Positions 26,076-40,452 of a DNA stretch of 64,000 nucleotides are shown here, one piece after another. Made by a program: the position numbers and the translations under genes. Under the pieces are notes generated by a model. The model did no database searches. It was not told the origin of the DNA and was given only the letters and a program-made list of their open reading frames with translations. How positions within the stretch are numbered: position 1 is the first letter of the stretch; each line of letters begins with the position of its first letter. Location of the stretch: the NCBI GenBank assembly GCA_034780895.1, contig JAUZTB010000048.1:13882083-13946082 (forward strand), read 5' to 3'. The stretch is from Rhynchobatus australiae (Eukaryota).

Positions 26076-27344
26076 GTCAGACTGAAGATTCCTATGCATG
26101 GCCATCAAGTAGCTCGATGCACTTTGTATCAACAGCTTGCAATTGTGATTGTCCCTTCAATTGCACCCTTAGAGTGGTTAGTTGTGAAGGATTCTTCTAG
26201 TTGAATGTATTATCAACTTTCTCTAGAAAACTGAACTGTAACACAGCTTCCTGAACATAAATTAAACTTAACATTCTTCCACTGTGTTCCTTTACAAGTA
26301 GATTTTCAGACTGAATTATCAAACTTCTTTAGGTTGAAAGATTTCCTTGAAATATATAAAATGCAAATGCTAATGGAGCTCTATTGTCTGGATCAGCATA
26401 GAAATCGAAGCACACTGATGCACAAAAGATCCTCTGCCTTTAAATCTCTTCATTCAAATAAAATTCAAATCGTCAATCAATCATGATCAAATAAACAATA
26501 ATTGCAGACTGCGGCAATATTAAATCACAATNNNNNNNNNNNNNNNNNNNNNNNNNNNNNNNNNNNNNNNNNNNNNNNNNNNNNNNNNNNNNNNNNNNNN
26601 NNNNNNNNNNNNNNNNNNNNNNNNNNNNNNNNNNNNNNNNNNNNNNNNNNNNNNNNNNNNNNNNNNNNNNNNNNNNNNNNNNNNNNNNNNNNNNNNNNNN
26701 NNNNNNNNNNNNNNNNNNNNNNNNNNNNNNNNNNNNNNNNNNNNNNNNNNNNNNNNNNNNNNNNNNNNNNNNNNNNNNNNNNNNNNNNNNNNNNNNNNNN
26801 TGCCTATTTCTCCATAACCCTGTAAATATTTCCCCCTCAATTCTCTTTTGAGCATTCTGATGAAAGTTCAGTCCCAATCCTTTTGGTCAGTACATACCTT
26901 ATCTTAACACAGTTTGAAAGAAGAATGTTCCTCTTGTTAGTTCTGCTGGCTTTTAAAATTCTGCCAGAATTGTGACCAGGAATCTTCTGCAATTGCATCC
27001 TTCCAAGAGAATATGACAGAGGAAATAGGAGCATAGAATAATTTTAGTCATTGAAATTCCTGCAAGATCAGCTTAAATTTCCCAAACTATAGTGTGCACA
27101 TGCATGAAGTCAGAATACCTTCTTGCCAAAACCTAACCCTGGAAGAAAAAGGAACCAGCAAAATTCTCAGAAAGTCAGTATATCTCTCTAATTGAACACT
27201 TCATGATCAAATAGGCATGGGAAAGAAACAAACTCAAAATTACAGCAGTCAAGATTTCTTTCAGGTCATTTTGATTCATTTCATTATATTGTGACAATGT
27301 CTACAGTAATGGTACTCCTTCTCTTGTGATGTGTACCCAACTTA

Positions 27345-27980
27345 AAAACACATTTGATAAAATCCCACATTAAAGACTATTAATTAAACTCATAGCGTTG
27401 AAGATTCTGGGAATAAGTAAGAAACTGGCTGAAGGGTAAAAATAATGAGCACACGTTTGAGGAATAATGTTGGATGGGGTGCCTCAGCATTAAGTGCTGG
27501 TTCTATACTAAAAAGCAAGGCTCAGAAGCCCTAATGTAAATGGTCAAATCTGTGGTGGATACCAAATTAAAATAGGCAGTGGAAGTGGAAGGTAGATATT
27601 AAATTAATGAATGAGTTTGTGGGATAGGAGGGCAGAAAAAAAAGGACATTGCAATGCGTGTGTAAAGTCATATATGAGAGTGAAAATCAAGTTACATGAA
27701 TGAAGATGAAATGACTGAAGTTAAAACTAGGGCTACCTTGGGCTCTCTATGGCCATGATAATACATATATTCAACCAATGCAGGGCAGTTATCTAAAGTG
27801 TCATCAAAATAGTAAAATATAACTTAGAAGAGGCCGTAATAAAATTTTATGGTATACCACTTAGAACATAGTTACATGCAGTACTCTTCAATAAGGAACA
27901 GAAGAAGCATTCAATAGCAAGATGCACAGCTGTACTTCTGTGTAAGAGTTTTGATTTATGAGGAGTGTCTGGAAACCATG
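27345..27980 (+). mobile_element. old CR1 RT fragment
   Basis: FDKIPH*RLLIKL, NWLKG, GVPQ and KSVVDTKL (FADDTKL position). Confidence 0.65.
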
Positions 27981-29077
27981 CTATACAGACAAGAAATAAA
28001 AATATCTTATTTTTATTTAGTGTTGAGATTGCAAAGTAAGTAGAAAATTTTAACCTGGGCTTTTAATTGGAGAATTGATGATAAGACCTCATAATCATTT
28101 TGGAACTGTATGCTACTTTCAGGGAATGTTAAGATCTCTCCAGATGGATGAATTAAAATGGACTGAAAGACATTACCCATCTCTCATTATCTTGTGAGTT
28201 AGCAAGCCCAGGGCAATACCAAATTTCACATGTAAAGATAAGTGTCAGTCACTAACAGATCTTTTAATGTTAAAGCAAGCAGTGAAAAAAAACAAGCATC
28301 AATAAACAAGAACACAGGAGTGAATGGGGTTATACAGCAGCTGAAAATACAACACTTGTTTTATTATGAGATTTTGACATTACCAAGCAAGTTAGCAAAA
28401 CTTGTTAGGAAATGGTATCATATACACAAAAAAACGGTATGGATCTAGACCAAGAACGTAAGCAAGAACACAGCTGTATAAAGGATAGCCAATAAGATGT
28501 AACCCTCTGCCCAAAGCTAAGTACACCCAAAACAACCATGATAAAGACTCAGAATTAAATCAGGAGAGGTAGTTGCTGAGAACAGGTGAAACTCTGCCCA
28601 GTGCCATATAAATGTTAACATATTCATGGAGCTAATGATAAGGTAATTCACACCTTGGTTAATTCAGACAGTCTCCATTAGCAAATGCAATAGAACAAAT
28701 TACACTGAAGTAAGAAAGAAATTATTTAATATTTTAATTTTCAGGAAGAATGTGAATTATGCTATGAAGGATAATGCCTAGTGTATTTCACTCAAACAGA
28801 TGGATTATTTAGAAAAGCAAAAGACCAGTCTGCTCATGAGCCACTTGTGGTACATCTGATTCACTTGAACCACACTATGCCACTTCAGAATTAAATTGTA
28901 CATTAAACAAAACAGTCTGACAAATGACGATGTTGTATTACTGCATTAGTTAATGAGTTAAGTGAATTAACTTCTCATTCTCTCCACATGCTTCTTCCCT
29001 CTTCCACCATCCTTTTGTCCCCAAGGATTTTATGTCTTATGTACCTTGTTATGTTCAACATAATAGATACAACATAC

Positions 29078-29730
29078 AAGGTGAAGAAGAAGGCGTGTGG
29101 CATGCTTGCCTTCATCGGATGGGGCATTGTGTACAAGAGTTGGGACATCATGTTATAGTTGGATAAGACATTAGTGAGATTGCACTTGGAACATTGTGTG
29201 CAGTTCTGGTCGACATACTATAGGCAGAATGTGGTTAAGTTAGAGGGGATGCAGAAAAGACCCACAAGGATGTTGCCAGGACTGGAAGGCCTGAGTTATA
29301 TGGAGAGACTGGATAGGCTGGGATTGTTTTCCCTGGAGCAAAGTAGGCTGAGGGGTGACCATATAGATTNNNNNNNNNNNNNNNNNNNNNNNNNNNNNNN
29401 NNNNNNNNNNNNNNNNNNNNNNNNNNNNNNNNNNNNNNNNNNNNNNNNNNNNNNNNNNNNNNNNNNNNNNNNNNNNNNNNNNNNNNNNNNNNNNNNNNNN
29501 NNNNNNNNNNNNNNNNNNNNNNNNNNNNNNNNNNNNNNNNNNNNNNNNNNNNNNNNNNNNNNNNNNNNNNNNNNNNNNNNNNNNNNNNNNNNNNNNNNNN
29601 NNNNNNNNNNNNNNNNNNNNNNNNNNNNNNNNNNNNNNNNNNNNNNNNNNNNNNNNNNNNNNNCTTGGTCAGCATGGATAAGTTGGGCCAAAGGGCCTGT
29701 TTCCATGCCATATAACTCAACAACTCGATG
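29078..29730 (+). mobile_element. CR1 (HER1-like) LINE 3' end
   Basis: KTLVRLHLEHCVQFWS...LEGLSYMERLDRLGLFSLEQSRLRGD; 3'UTR gggccaaagggcctgtttccatgc; internal gap. Confidence 0.92.
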
Positions 29731-32700
29731 ACTAATATCTATGTTATTTTTTATAGTGACTTCTAATGGATCAGGTTTATCCTTAAGACTGCATTTCATG
29801 CTTCAACAACTAAATCCCTTTTATTTCATGTAAGCTCCCATACAAAGTATTATTAAGGGTCAGACAATCAGGGCTTGGGGACTGAGAGATTTGTGGATAA
29901 AGGTCCAAAGGTCTGGGCTTGGAAGTCAAGAAGTATTTGGGAAAGGGGCAGTTGGCAGAGGATCATGAGTTTAGCCATGGGTGGGTAAATAGCGGTTTCT
30001 GAAAGGGAGTAAGTAAACAAATAAATTAAAGTGAACCTGCCCAAATCAGCCCCAGGGAGCCCCTTTTTAAAATCACACTTTTGTTCAGAGAGTATCACAC
30101 GAATTACCAGTGGGTATAGGAACCATGTAGAATAATTTCTCCTGGCATGCTCAAAAGCAAAATTGAAAGGAGAATGGTGTCGTCATGTATTCATCTTACA
30201 TAGAAAATGCATTATCAACAAAATCATAATTATTTCTTGGTGGCTGTCAGACTGCCAGAGTGTGAAAATTCAACCCAGAACCATTGTAATCATGCTCCAT
30301 TCTGAGAGAAATCAATTTTCCAACATCCAAGACTTAAAAAGACAGCACAACTCAGTCAATTTTCTGGGCAGTTATCTATTACAGTAGGTTAGTTTTGAAT
30401 TAATTCACGATGTGTTACTATTACCCACTCTGATTATACATGGAGATGCTTAAATTAGCTATTGCTTTGGAATTAAAATGGTTGTCTATGTCTTGCCATT
30501 ATATGCATCCTGATACATATAATGGAACACCTGTGAAACATGTTTCTGTAGTTACTATCACAGTAATATAGTAATTTTATAACTGCAATATTTTCATTGA
30601 AATAAGAAAATCTATGCCAGTTTACAAATCGTGTCAAATTTCTTTGGCAAGTTGTCATGAAGGACCTGGATATTGAGACAGCCTTGTGTTTATCATGAAG
30701 TCTTCTAGTCTCTGCCCATTCATGTCAGTTTAGGGCAATGAGTGAAATTGCCACATTGGTTATGATGGTGTGCTACGATCTGATAAATTCTGACCATACT
30801 TGCTTTTTGAGGATTTTCTTTAGGTCAGAATACAAATCCTGAATTATTCCAAACATTCAGACCTAACTCCTGCATCTGTCATGGTGCTGAGTTCTGGCCC
30901 TCAATTTGGCTCCTTTGATGCCTTGTTGTCCAGCACATGGATTCCATGCTGGACTGATTACATNNNNNNNNNNNNNNNNNNNNNNNNNNNNNNNNNNNNN
31001 NNNNNNNNNNNNNNNNNNNNNNNNNNNNNNNNNNNNNNNNNNNNNNNNNNNNNNNNNNNNNNNNNNNNNNNNNNNNNNNNNNNNNNNNNNNNNNNNNNNN
31101 NNNNNNNNNNNNNNNNNNNNNNNNNNNNNNNNNNNNNNNNNNNNNNNNNNNNNNNNNNNNNNNNNNNNNNNNNNNNNNNNNNNNNNNNNNNNNNNNNNNN
31201 NNNNNNNNNNNNNNNNNNNNNNNNNNNNNNNNNNNNNNNNNNNNNNNNNNNNNNNNNNNNNNNNNNNNNNNNNNNNNGACCCTACTTCAAAAATTTGATC
31301 CCAATGAGGTCAATGGAACTGAATTTTGGAAGTATAGTACACACATGTACAAGTGAGGATTAACTCCTTCCATTTAAATAAGAAACAGTTCTTAAAATCA
31401 CCCAAGCTTTGTTTAATAGTCAGCTGTTAAAGGTGTGGAACGGAAGTTCCATCAATCCACCAAGTACGCCCAGAGTGGTATCCAGAATTTAACACACATT
31501 ATGTAGTTCTCATCATGTGAAATATGACTCTATAAAGTTTCTTATCTTTATATTTTTAATACCCTGTGCCTTCTTTTTAACCTAAAAACTATAAAATGAA
31601 AACTGGTTAATGGATATTAAATCTGTAAAACTGGAGATGATTTAACATGTGACAGATAAAGATTCCAGTCTGAGCATAAAGCTATATAGCATATTTTTGA
31701 GTATTATTATTAACAATAAGTTGATATTTATCATTCAATTCAAAGCTAGTAAAGCTTGTCAAAAATTCAGTGTTTGACCAATTCTTTTTATTAGGAATCA
31801 CCAGTTCAATCTGTCAGGTTATCGCAATACAGTGGCACCATGCACAGGTTTTAACAAAATATACATTGTCAATATAATGCAATGATTCATTGCAGAATAA
31901 AAATCTTATGTAGATCTTTGAGAGTTAATCAAGCCTGTCACTGATGTTTTGATCTAATGTTGATTGGCTGCATTTTTATCAGAAATGGTGAGCTTCAATG
32001 TCCTGGTGATTTCCTGAGATAATTTGAATCTTTGCATTCCAAAGAACCTTTGAGAGTCAATTTAAGTGGCTTTAAGTAAGATATAATCAGCAAAGAGTGT
32101 GAAATAAAGTCTTTGTCTCATCACATTAATGCCAGCACTTAAAGTGGCAGTTTATCAAGAGGTACCGCACAAGGTTTTAATGAGCATGCTGCCTGTTCAT
32201 GTACAGCACTAATTAATCCCATTTTTTTCTCAGAGACGTGATTACTTCTTGAAACCCCCATTGTTTTTGCTCAGTGGTGAAGCACCTCACACAATTTTAA
32301 TCTTCTGGCTGAGCTGGATTCTGACAACTGAATTATATCTTACTGAAAATAATTGCAGGTATCAGCTAATAAATCTAGCACATCACAAATAAATACATTT
32401 AACCAAGCACCACCAAAAAAAAAGGTTTGATATTTGGATAAAGCAGTATTTCATTAGGTGTCTGTGCAAAAATGCATTGTCGACCAATAGAAAACATAAT
32501 TAATGCTAACACACCAGGCTTTTTAGCACAATAGCTTTTTAGCAGAAATATATTATAAAAGATGCCTTTCTCATTTCAATAATGAGAAAGGCCAGCATTG
32601 CAGATNNNNNNNNNNNNNNNNNNNNNNNNNNGGCTAGCTATTTTTACAATCAGCCATTTCTAACAGAGCCTTTAACCCATCAGCCCTTCTGATGTGTTGG

Positions 32701-34496
32701 TCTAACATTATTAATTTTTTCATGCAAGACTTACTACCCAGATATCTCCTGAAAATATGGACTGAAGACCAACTAGAAATATATATCAATTTTCCAAAAT
32801 TCTACAAGTTGTTATTAGACCTTTGTTGATGTTATTGTGGAGTAAGACGCTTAGTCATAGTGAATAAAATGCTTATTGTTCTTGCTGGTCCAGAGACTTC
32901 AAAGTTTTGTTGTACAGGGTAAGATTTTGTATTTTTTAAACTGTGAATGCAGAACTGTAAGCTATTTATATATTAGATGATTTCAATCTATTAGTGGACC
33001 TTCTGGCAAATTTAAAAGCTGGAAAATGATTTTCAGATAGAATAATTTTTATCTTTCAAGAGGTGATGCGAATCTTATTTTCGACATGTTATGAAGTTTT
33101 TACCATTATGTTGAGTTAGATAATGAATACTACCAGGTTCTGTTAAGTAAGGCATCATTTTATAAAAGTATATACTCTGTGCCCCTCATTGATATCATAG
33201 ACCCATATCTCTGCTAAACATATTAATTACACATGGGCAACCATCAGTTAGTCTCTACCTAAACACTTTTTTAAAAAAAATAAATGCAAAACAACTACTC
33301 GCTATAACTAAATATTAATCTAAACCACACATTAGGACTGAATCATGCTACATATAACAAATTGCTGGAATGTACAGTATCAGGAGAAGTTCCTTAGACT
33401 GTATATTTCCAAATTTGCAGTTAAATACAAGGATTTCAATATACTACATTTGAAAGAGTTTGGCAAAGCTCTTTGCTTCCAGCTACACTGGCCTAGAAAT
33501 TATATTATACAGTGTAATATTTATATGCCTGATGTGGTAGAGTTTCATCTGACTGCTGATCAATGACTTACTGTATCAATCTAGTTGTTCATGATCTGAT
33601 TTCTGTGTCCTCTGTGCATATGCTGTTCTAATGCAGGGAGCACCTAAACATGCTTAGTGACTTCTAATGGCTTAAAACCTATGACTGTGTTCCACTTCTA
33701 CAAATGTCACGTGTATGCATGTCCCATAAAGAGCATGAGTCACTCAGACAACATCATACTTTCAGAAGCAACAAGAGATCCCTTTGTGAAACACCATGTT
33801 GGGAGGTTGCCTGCCAGCAAATGAACTATCAGCTGCAGGTCAGTGTCCTCGGAGTTAAAGGTATCAATCACTGCAGCTTGTTCATTGACCATCCATCTCC
33901 TGTTGTCACTGCATATTCATCATCTTGACACTGTTCCCTAACCCCATCAAAACAACAGCCAATTATACCATCTGATCTACTGATCAAACCCCCAAAATAC
34001 TGACACCTTGAACCAACCCACAAGGTCCTAACCTCCTCATGATTGACACCCTAACTTGCTCTCTCGAAGTCCCAAATTTCCTACGGCTGCCACATTCACC
34101 ATCATCATCACCTCCCAACCCAGAACTTTCCCCCACAACAGTACCCTGGGCTTCCTGCACAATAAGAAGTTTGCTGCAGCAGGTCCTCACACAAGACATG
34201 TGTTGGCCACCACGCACTTTCTCAGAACTGAAGTATTTCCACACCACTATCGCTAAGGACACAAATCTCACAAAGTGTATCTTTTCATCATTTGCCTTTG
34301 ATGTATCAAGACAGAAATGAAGTTTGATACTTCTGGTTCTTGTCTTGACATATAAAAGGTCTGTCAAAGACAAATACAATGGAGCTTTTAGATACAACTG
34401 ATTAGTGAGAATAACCTTCAAAGTATTTGAAGAATAATATTAAATAATAGTAGTTTGAATAATAGTGATCAGAGGGATAAAGCAAATGAAGGAACA

Positions 34497-34872
34497 ATGT
34501 CTTAGGTAGCTTAGAACATAATGGTATGAACACTGAATTTTCTACTTTCATTTAACCCACAACTCCAGTGTTCTCTTCCCCCACACACTCACCTGTCCAA
34601 CTAGTTTTTTTCTCCCTTTTTAAAGCCCCCTTCCCCCAGCTGGTTCCATCTGCCCATCATCCCCTTCCTAGTTATCACCAACCAGGCTCTATCCCACCAT
34701 CCCCTCAACATTGTTATACACTGCCAATCTTTCTTCTTCTCTATCCGTCCCAATGCATTGACCCGAAGCATTGACTTAGATCTTTTGCCTCCACAAATGC
34801 TGTTTGTCCCATTGAGTTCTTCCAGCGTTCTGTTTTCTTTTTGTTCCAGACTCCAGCATCTGCAGTTTCTTC
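34497..34872 (+). mobile_element. Penelope/Neptune-like element 3' end
   Basis: LGSLEHNGMNTEFSTFI* (GIY-YIG C-terminal LGSLQP.GMNIEFSNF), pyrimidine-rich UTR, decayed hammerhead (ttgacccgaagcattgac) and tail. Confidence 0.85.
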
Positions 34873-36674
34873 TATCTTCATACAAAAGCAAATTACACTG
34901 GGTGAGATGAACAACTAAAAATTTTACCTTTTGTATATTATTACCTTTTGTACTGCTTCAAATGGTATTATTTTGAATGTCTACCTAATGCTGCACAGAC
35001 CCTGAAGTAGTTCTGCATATCAACTGCAGTATTTTTCTGTGGCTTATACGCTTGATTATAAAGTACAGCATTTTGTATAGCAATTGAATTCATGTAAGAA
35101 CAATTGTATTGTGTGTTGCCTTTTGCATGAATAGTTAAAAGCAGCTGTTTTCTGGAAGTCACTGCCCTGCCTACAAGCCCATGAAGGTTTATAATAGTTT
35201 ATGGACCCTAAAGGCTCTCCTCTGGTCTGACAGATTCAGTTTTCAGCTCCTTAGCCCATGACGGTTTCTCTCCTCTCCCATGGGGTTCCAGTCAGGTAGA
35301 AACTGACGACACCTGCTTTGAACATCGGCACCATGTCAAGCAGCATAAGTGCCGTTTAGTTAAAATTGCTGCATGCTAAGCTTCTGTTGGCAATGATCTG
35401 GCAATCCAAATGCAGTGAGCGTACTTCGATATTAATAATGACCATTTCCACTATTCTTAAATTAGTGAAAGCAGACACAAGCTACTTGGCTGCAAGTCAA
35501 TTTGAAAGACTCTAAAAGACTTATTATGCCACCAGACAGAATATTCTTCCTGATATGATATAGAACTGTTGCCCTTTCATGGTGAAAGTTTTACCACTGC
35601 TTTAATTGTTTACCCAATGTTGGATGACAAAATGCACTCGCAAATTTTAGAGAAAGTAAGTGTTGTAGGCTCTAAAGGTTGTAATTTACTCTTTTAATTG
35701 TTTTGTGTTTGATCATCAGGGTGAGCAATATTCACAGATTATTCATTCCTTACGTTGTGCACTCAAGGTCAACGGCCAACCATCCCAGATCAACAAAGTC
35801 ATGATTAATTTAAGAATGAATTTTCCACCTTTGCAAAAATATTGCCTAAGTAGGTGCATTCATACTATTCAGTGTCATTTCTCAAAGGAGATCATTAGGA
35901 AATGACTTCCATCCAGTTTTTCTTCATTGAATTGAAACTCAGAACATAGAGTGGAAAAGACTTGGCACATCTTGGTTGTTTCTTTTAAATATTTTCTTTT
36001 GTATTTAGCTACAAGAAGTAACCAGGGTCAGGATCACAAAGCCTATGTGCATGAAGCAACAGAAAATCTAATGGTTTGGAACATGCTGGGAAATTCCAAC
36101 TGATCCATTGCAAATTACTAGCATTTACCTTTGAAAATGCCNNNNNNNNNNNNNNNNNNNNNNNNNNNNNNNNNNNNNNNNNNNNNNNNNNNNNNNNNNN
36201 NNNNNNNNNNNNNNNNNNNNNNNNNNNNNNNNNNNNNNNNNTGGTAAACCATCGCTTTCTGTAGTGCATCATGTATTTAATCACACAAATGGCTCTGGGT
36301 TCCTGTCTGTAGCTGTTGTCATAGAAACAATGAGCCAATATTCTGCCTCAAGAGATATTAGTGAAATAGCTTTGGAACCTTCTGTTGCTATGCTACTTTG
36401 TATAAATAATAAAATATTAATTTAAAATAATATTGTAGGATGCACATCTGAAGAAATGCAGTTCAAATAACTTGGTGTATTTCATATTGTAGAAAAGAGA
36501 CAGCAGATAACTGAGTATTGTCCATAATTTATTTTTTGCAACTTTTCAATATAAATGATCACATTTGTTCTACATAAAATTTACAAGCAAGAAATAGAAT
36601 TAGAACTAGAAATGTATTTAAATTTGAAATACTTCAAATGAACCAACTGTGCTGTGATGCATAGGTCTTGAAGC

Positions 36675-36775
36675 ATGATTGATGCCAATGTCTCCTCCTT
36701 ACGCAGTCCCTTGTGATTGAGGATGACTTGCTTTCACTCCAGTTCTGTGTACTGAAACAGCCCAAACTACAAAAC
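36675..36775 (-). mobile_element. RTE LINE 3' tail fragment
   Basis: gcagtcccttgtgattgaggatgacttgctttcactccagttct is homologous to 43830-43880. Confidence 0.65.
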
Positions 36776-36886
36776 ACAGATACTTGCTTAAGAACAGTGG
36801 GGGAGAAAAAAAACATTTGAATTAATAATTAAATCAAACCTAGGCACTATTTATTATTCTTTTGACATCCACTTTCACTCATTCAG

Positions 36887-37166
36887 TTTAATGGTTCCAT
36901 TGCACTTGCCCCAACTTAGACCTGGTGCAGGTTCAGTGGCTGATATAGTATACAAGTAATGAGACAAATCTTTTGACAAGGTTCCAACAGATCATCTCCT
37001 AGCTGGTCTACTTGACCGGCTTGTGTTCAGCATCACTGGTGCATTCGGCATGGAATCCACCAGTTTAGCACCAATGTCTATGAGTTTCTTCGTTCCCAGT
37101 TTGGAAATTCCACTGATTGAACCTGCAACAGGGCTAACATGGGGCAAGTACAATGGAACCATTAAA
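36887..37166. repeat. 49-bp inverted repeat pair
   Basis: 36887-36935 versus reverse complement of 37118-37166: 44/49 identical by eye, about 180-bp spacer. Confidence 0.85.
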
Positions 37167-39769
37167 TAAGTGACAGAAATTGGCTGCCAGGAGAAAGGCA
37201 GGAAGAGCTTGTTATTTGATTTAATTATTAGTTAAAATATTTTAATTATTTTAGGATGAATTTATGCACTATTTAATAAACAAAAAAAAACCTTTAATGT
37301 TATTTTTAACCTGTCCTAAATGGTTTTGAATGTTTGTGAAAGCCAATGTATGTTTTTGACCTTCACAAATATTCACTAACTTTGACAGCCAGGGTACAAG
37401 GCCTCAGCAGTAGTCAAAACCATTCTGTTACTGCAGACTTTTAGTTCTCTGACGAAAAGCCATCCACGTCAGAGCTTCCAGCAGAACACTGAGTCCAGGA
37501 CTACACTGGAAGAAATCGTGTGGTCCAGGAGCAGGCATCCAATGATTTCAGAGCTCAGCAAGATAAACAGCAGTTTGGGTTTGCCACACACATAACCAGG
37601 TCTGGCGAGCCCACACATTGTCTAAATATCAGTAATTTTCATTATCAATATTTTTCCATCATATGGTGAAAGCAGGTGGTTGGCTGCTGCCAGCTAGCTC
37701 CAGCCCAGTATTTTACATGGTACACTGAGTCATTGTTGTTAGAAATGCAGTTATTTTCAGTTTATCTGCCCCAGTGAATCTTTAATTTTCTTTTTAGTCC
37801 TGATGTGGTAAAAGCTGTTCCTGAAACAGTTTTCACCATGTTTGAATTTCCCAAGCAGACATGAAACTCAACAAGCAGATGATTTTACTGCCTGTGAATT
37901 ACTTAAAATAAATCATTACTCTATCTTTTCTATTTTCAAATGTTCATTGACCTTTGTGTATTAACAACATTAGCTGTTGCATTGTATTTTTTATACTTCT
38001 GTTAACCTTGCTCTACATCTCTGATTTTTAATGATCGTAAAGCTGAGAACAGGAGATCATTACCAGCTGTTAAACAACTGTATTTCAGGTGGACTTAAAT
38101 CTCTCAGAGAAAATTTGTAATTTACTGGAAAGAGAATCACACTTATGATGTAGAATTTCAGAAGTGGGAGTAAATGCTTTAAAAATTCTTTCTTAAAGTA
38201 ATTAAGGGCATTGCAGTTGAAAGATGGCAGTTTGCTCTCTATCTTGGTGCAGACTATGATGTCAGTGTCTGCAATGTATTGAACTCTCCCACAGTACCGC
38301 CTAACTGGGATCAGATATATTTATCTATTTGCTTATGACAAGTCTATTGCTTTGATAATGAATTAGACAAATTTGCAATCAGATTTGAGGCTATTTATAT
38401 CAGATTCAAGTTGAGCTTCTGCAGTAATTTCAAGATTTTGTAACCAATTAATTACGCCTAGTAAGGAATTATTCTGGCGAGGGTGAGAAACCTTGTGAAC
38501 TTTGATTCTCGGTTGCTTTTTACTTCTTTGTCCTTGTCAGTGTTGCACATGCACAATTCCCTGCTGAGAAAAAGCCCTCTGTATCTACATCTACAAAGGA
38601 ACAAAGTAACTAGGTGATTAATGGCGACAGAACTAAAATACTGCATGACCTGGCTGAGACGAGCTAGTCAATTTCTAGTGACATCAGCAGCAAGGTTTGC
38701 AGTATGCGATTCACACTCTGTTCCAGCTTGTGAATAACCTGCATCTTGCAAATACTTACTCACTTATCAGGAAGTGAACTGTAAGGTAGAATTTGCTGTT
38801 ACTTGGTTTCTTGTATATTTATTCAACTCTGGAGAAAGGATTTGTGAAATATGAGTTGTTTCTTATGGTTTTGTGTTTAGTGAGATGTAGTTGAGCAGAT
38901 AATAAAAGTCGTGCTGCTTGTTATATGGAAGGTGACTTGTGTTAAAAATAGAAGCTGAAAGCTTGCAGAATTTGTTTAAAAAAAGAGATATGGAAATAAA
39001 CAGCAAGTCAATCAGCATCTGAGGAAGATCAGTTTGAATATTTGGCGAACAGTCTCACAGAAAACATTAACTTTTTTGTTCAGTCAGGGTCTTGGTGACT
39101 GTGCACTTTTAGCACTTCTGACATTTTTCATGATTATTTAATCAGTGTTGACCACTGTGTCTAATGCTGAAATTAATTTTTTACATACTTTCAGGCAGAA
39201 GACCTAAGTACGTTATGAAGGATCAAGATAGAACATTTTTGAATTTCAGTTTCTATTCAATTAACTGAAATGTTCATTAAAGTAGTATTTTCTGTAACCT
39301 TAGAATTAATCTTTCTGAGTATCTTTAATTGGAAGATATTCACCATTTCACTAACTGATGTCATAAATGCTTATTAGATTTGATAACATTCTTAAACCAT
39401 TAAATAACAAATGTTATTTCACAGCTGTTAGAATAGCCATGATGGAATAACCTTCCAGCCAGGATTCTACTTCCAACTGATTCAAGTTATCAACCAACTC
39501 TCCATGTGCTCCCTGCAACGTGAGAAATATGGAAATAAATTCACTTGTCTTCAACACCAAGCTTTGTCTCTGCTCTTTCCCTGGATGGAATCCCCATTTG
39601 ACATGCAGTTTCTCCAACATTCTTTTCTCCACGCTCTCTTAAAATCACAATCCATCTTGCTCTTGTTTTTTTGCCAACCATCTGCTGACTAAATTAATAT
39701 GTGTCAGTTATAGTCCATGATGAAAACCCATGCCAATCCATGAAGTGGGTTCTCCCTGAAAGTTTCTCC

Positions 39770-40452
39770 CTGACTATGGCCACACAAGTTGATTGGGTGG
39801 TAAAGAAGGTGTATGGCATGCTTACCGTTATTGGTCGAGGCATTGAGTTCAAGAGTCAGAAAGTNNNNNNNNNNNNNNNNNNNNNNNNNNNNNNNNNNNN
39901 NNNNNNNNNNNNNNNNNNNNNNNNNNNNNNNNNNNNNNNNNNNNNNNNNNNNNNNNNNNNNNNNNNNNNNNNNNNNNNNNNNNNNNNNNNNNNNNNNNNN
40001 NNNNNNNNNNNNNNNNNNNNNNNNNNNNNNNNNNNNNNNNNNNNNNNNNNNNNNNNNNNNNNNNNNNNNNNNNNNNNNNNNNNNNNNNNNNNNNNNNNNN
40101 NNNNNNNNNNNNNNNNNNNNNNNNNNNNNNNNNNNNNNNNNNNNNNNNNNNNNNNNNNNNNNNNNNNNNNNNNNNNNNNNNNNNNNNNNNNNNNNNNNNN
40201 NNNNNNNNNNNNNNNNNNNNNNNNNNNNNNNNNNNNNNNNNNNNNNNNNNNNNNNNNNNNNNNNNNNNNGATATGATAGAGGTGTTTAAGAGGCTCTTAG
40301 ATAGGCACATGGATATGCAGAGAATGGAGGGATAGGGACCATGTGCAGGCAGAAGGGATTAGTTCAATGAAGTGTCAAAAGTTTAATTAGTTCAGCACAA
40401 CATCATGGGCTAAAGGGCTTTTCCTGTACAGTAAATGTTCTATGTTCTATGT
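39770..40452 (+). mobile_element. CR1 LINE 3' end
   Basis: ATQVDWVVKKVYGMLTVIGRGIEFKS; 3'UTR ends in a tgttctatgttctatg tail; large internal gap. Confidence 0.9.

Noticed and set aside
26855-26880. CTGATGAAAG as another hammerhead
   Set aside because: No stem II or GAAA follows; lies beside a CR1 3' remnant
37447-37474. ctctgacg...cgtcagag hairpin containing CTGACGA
   Set aside because: Only an 8-bp stem; lacks hammerhead architecture
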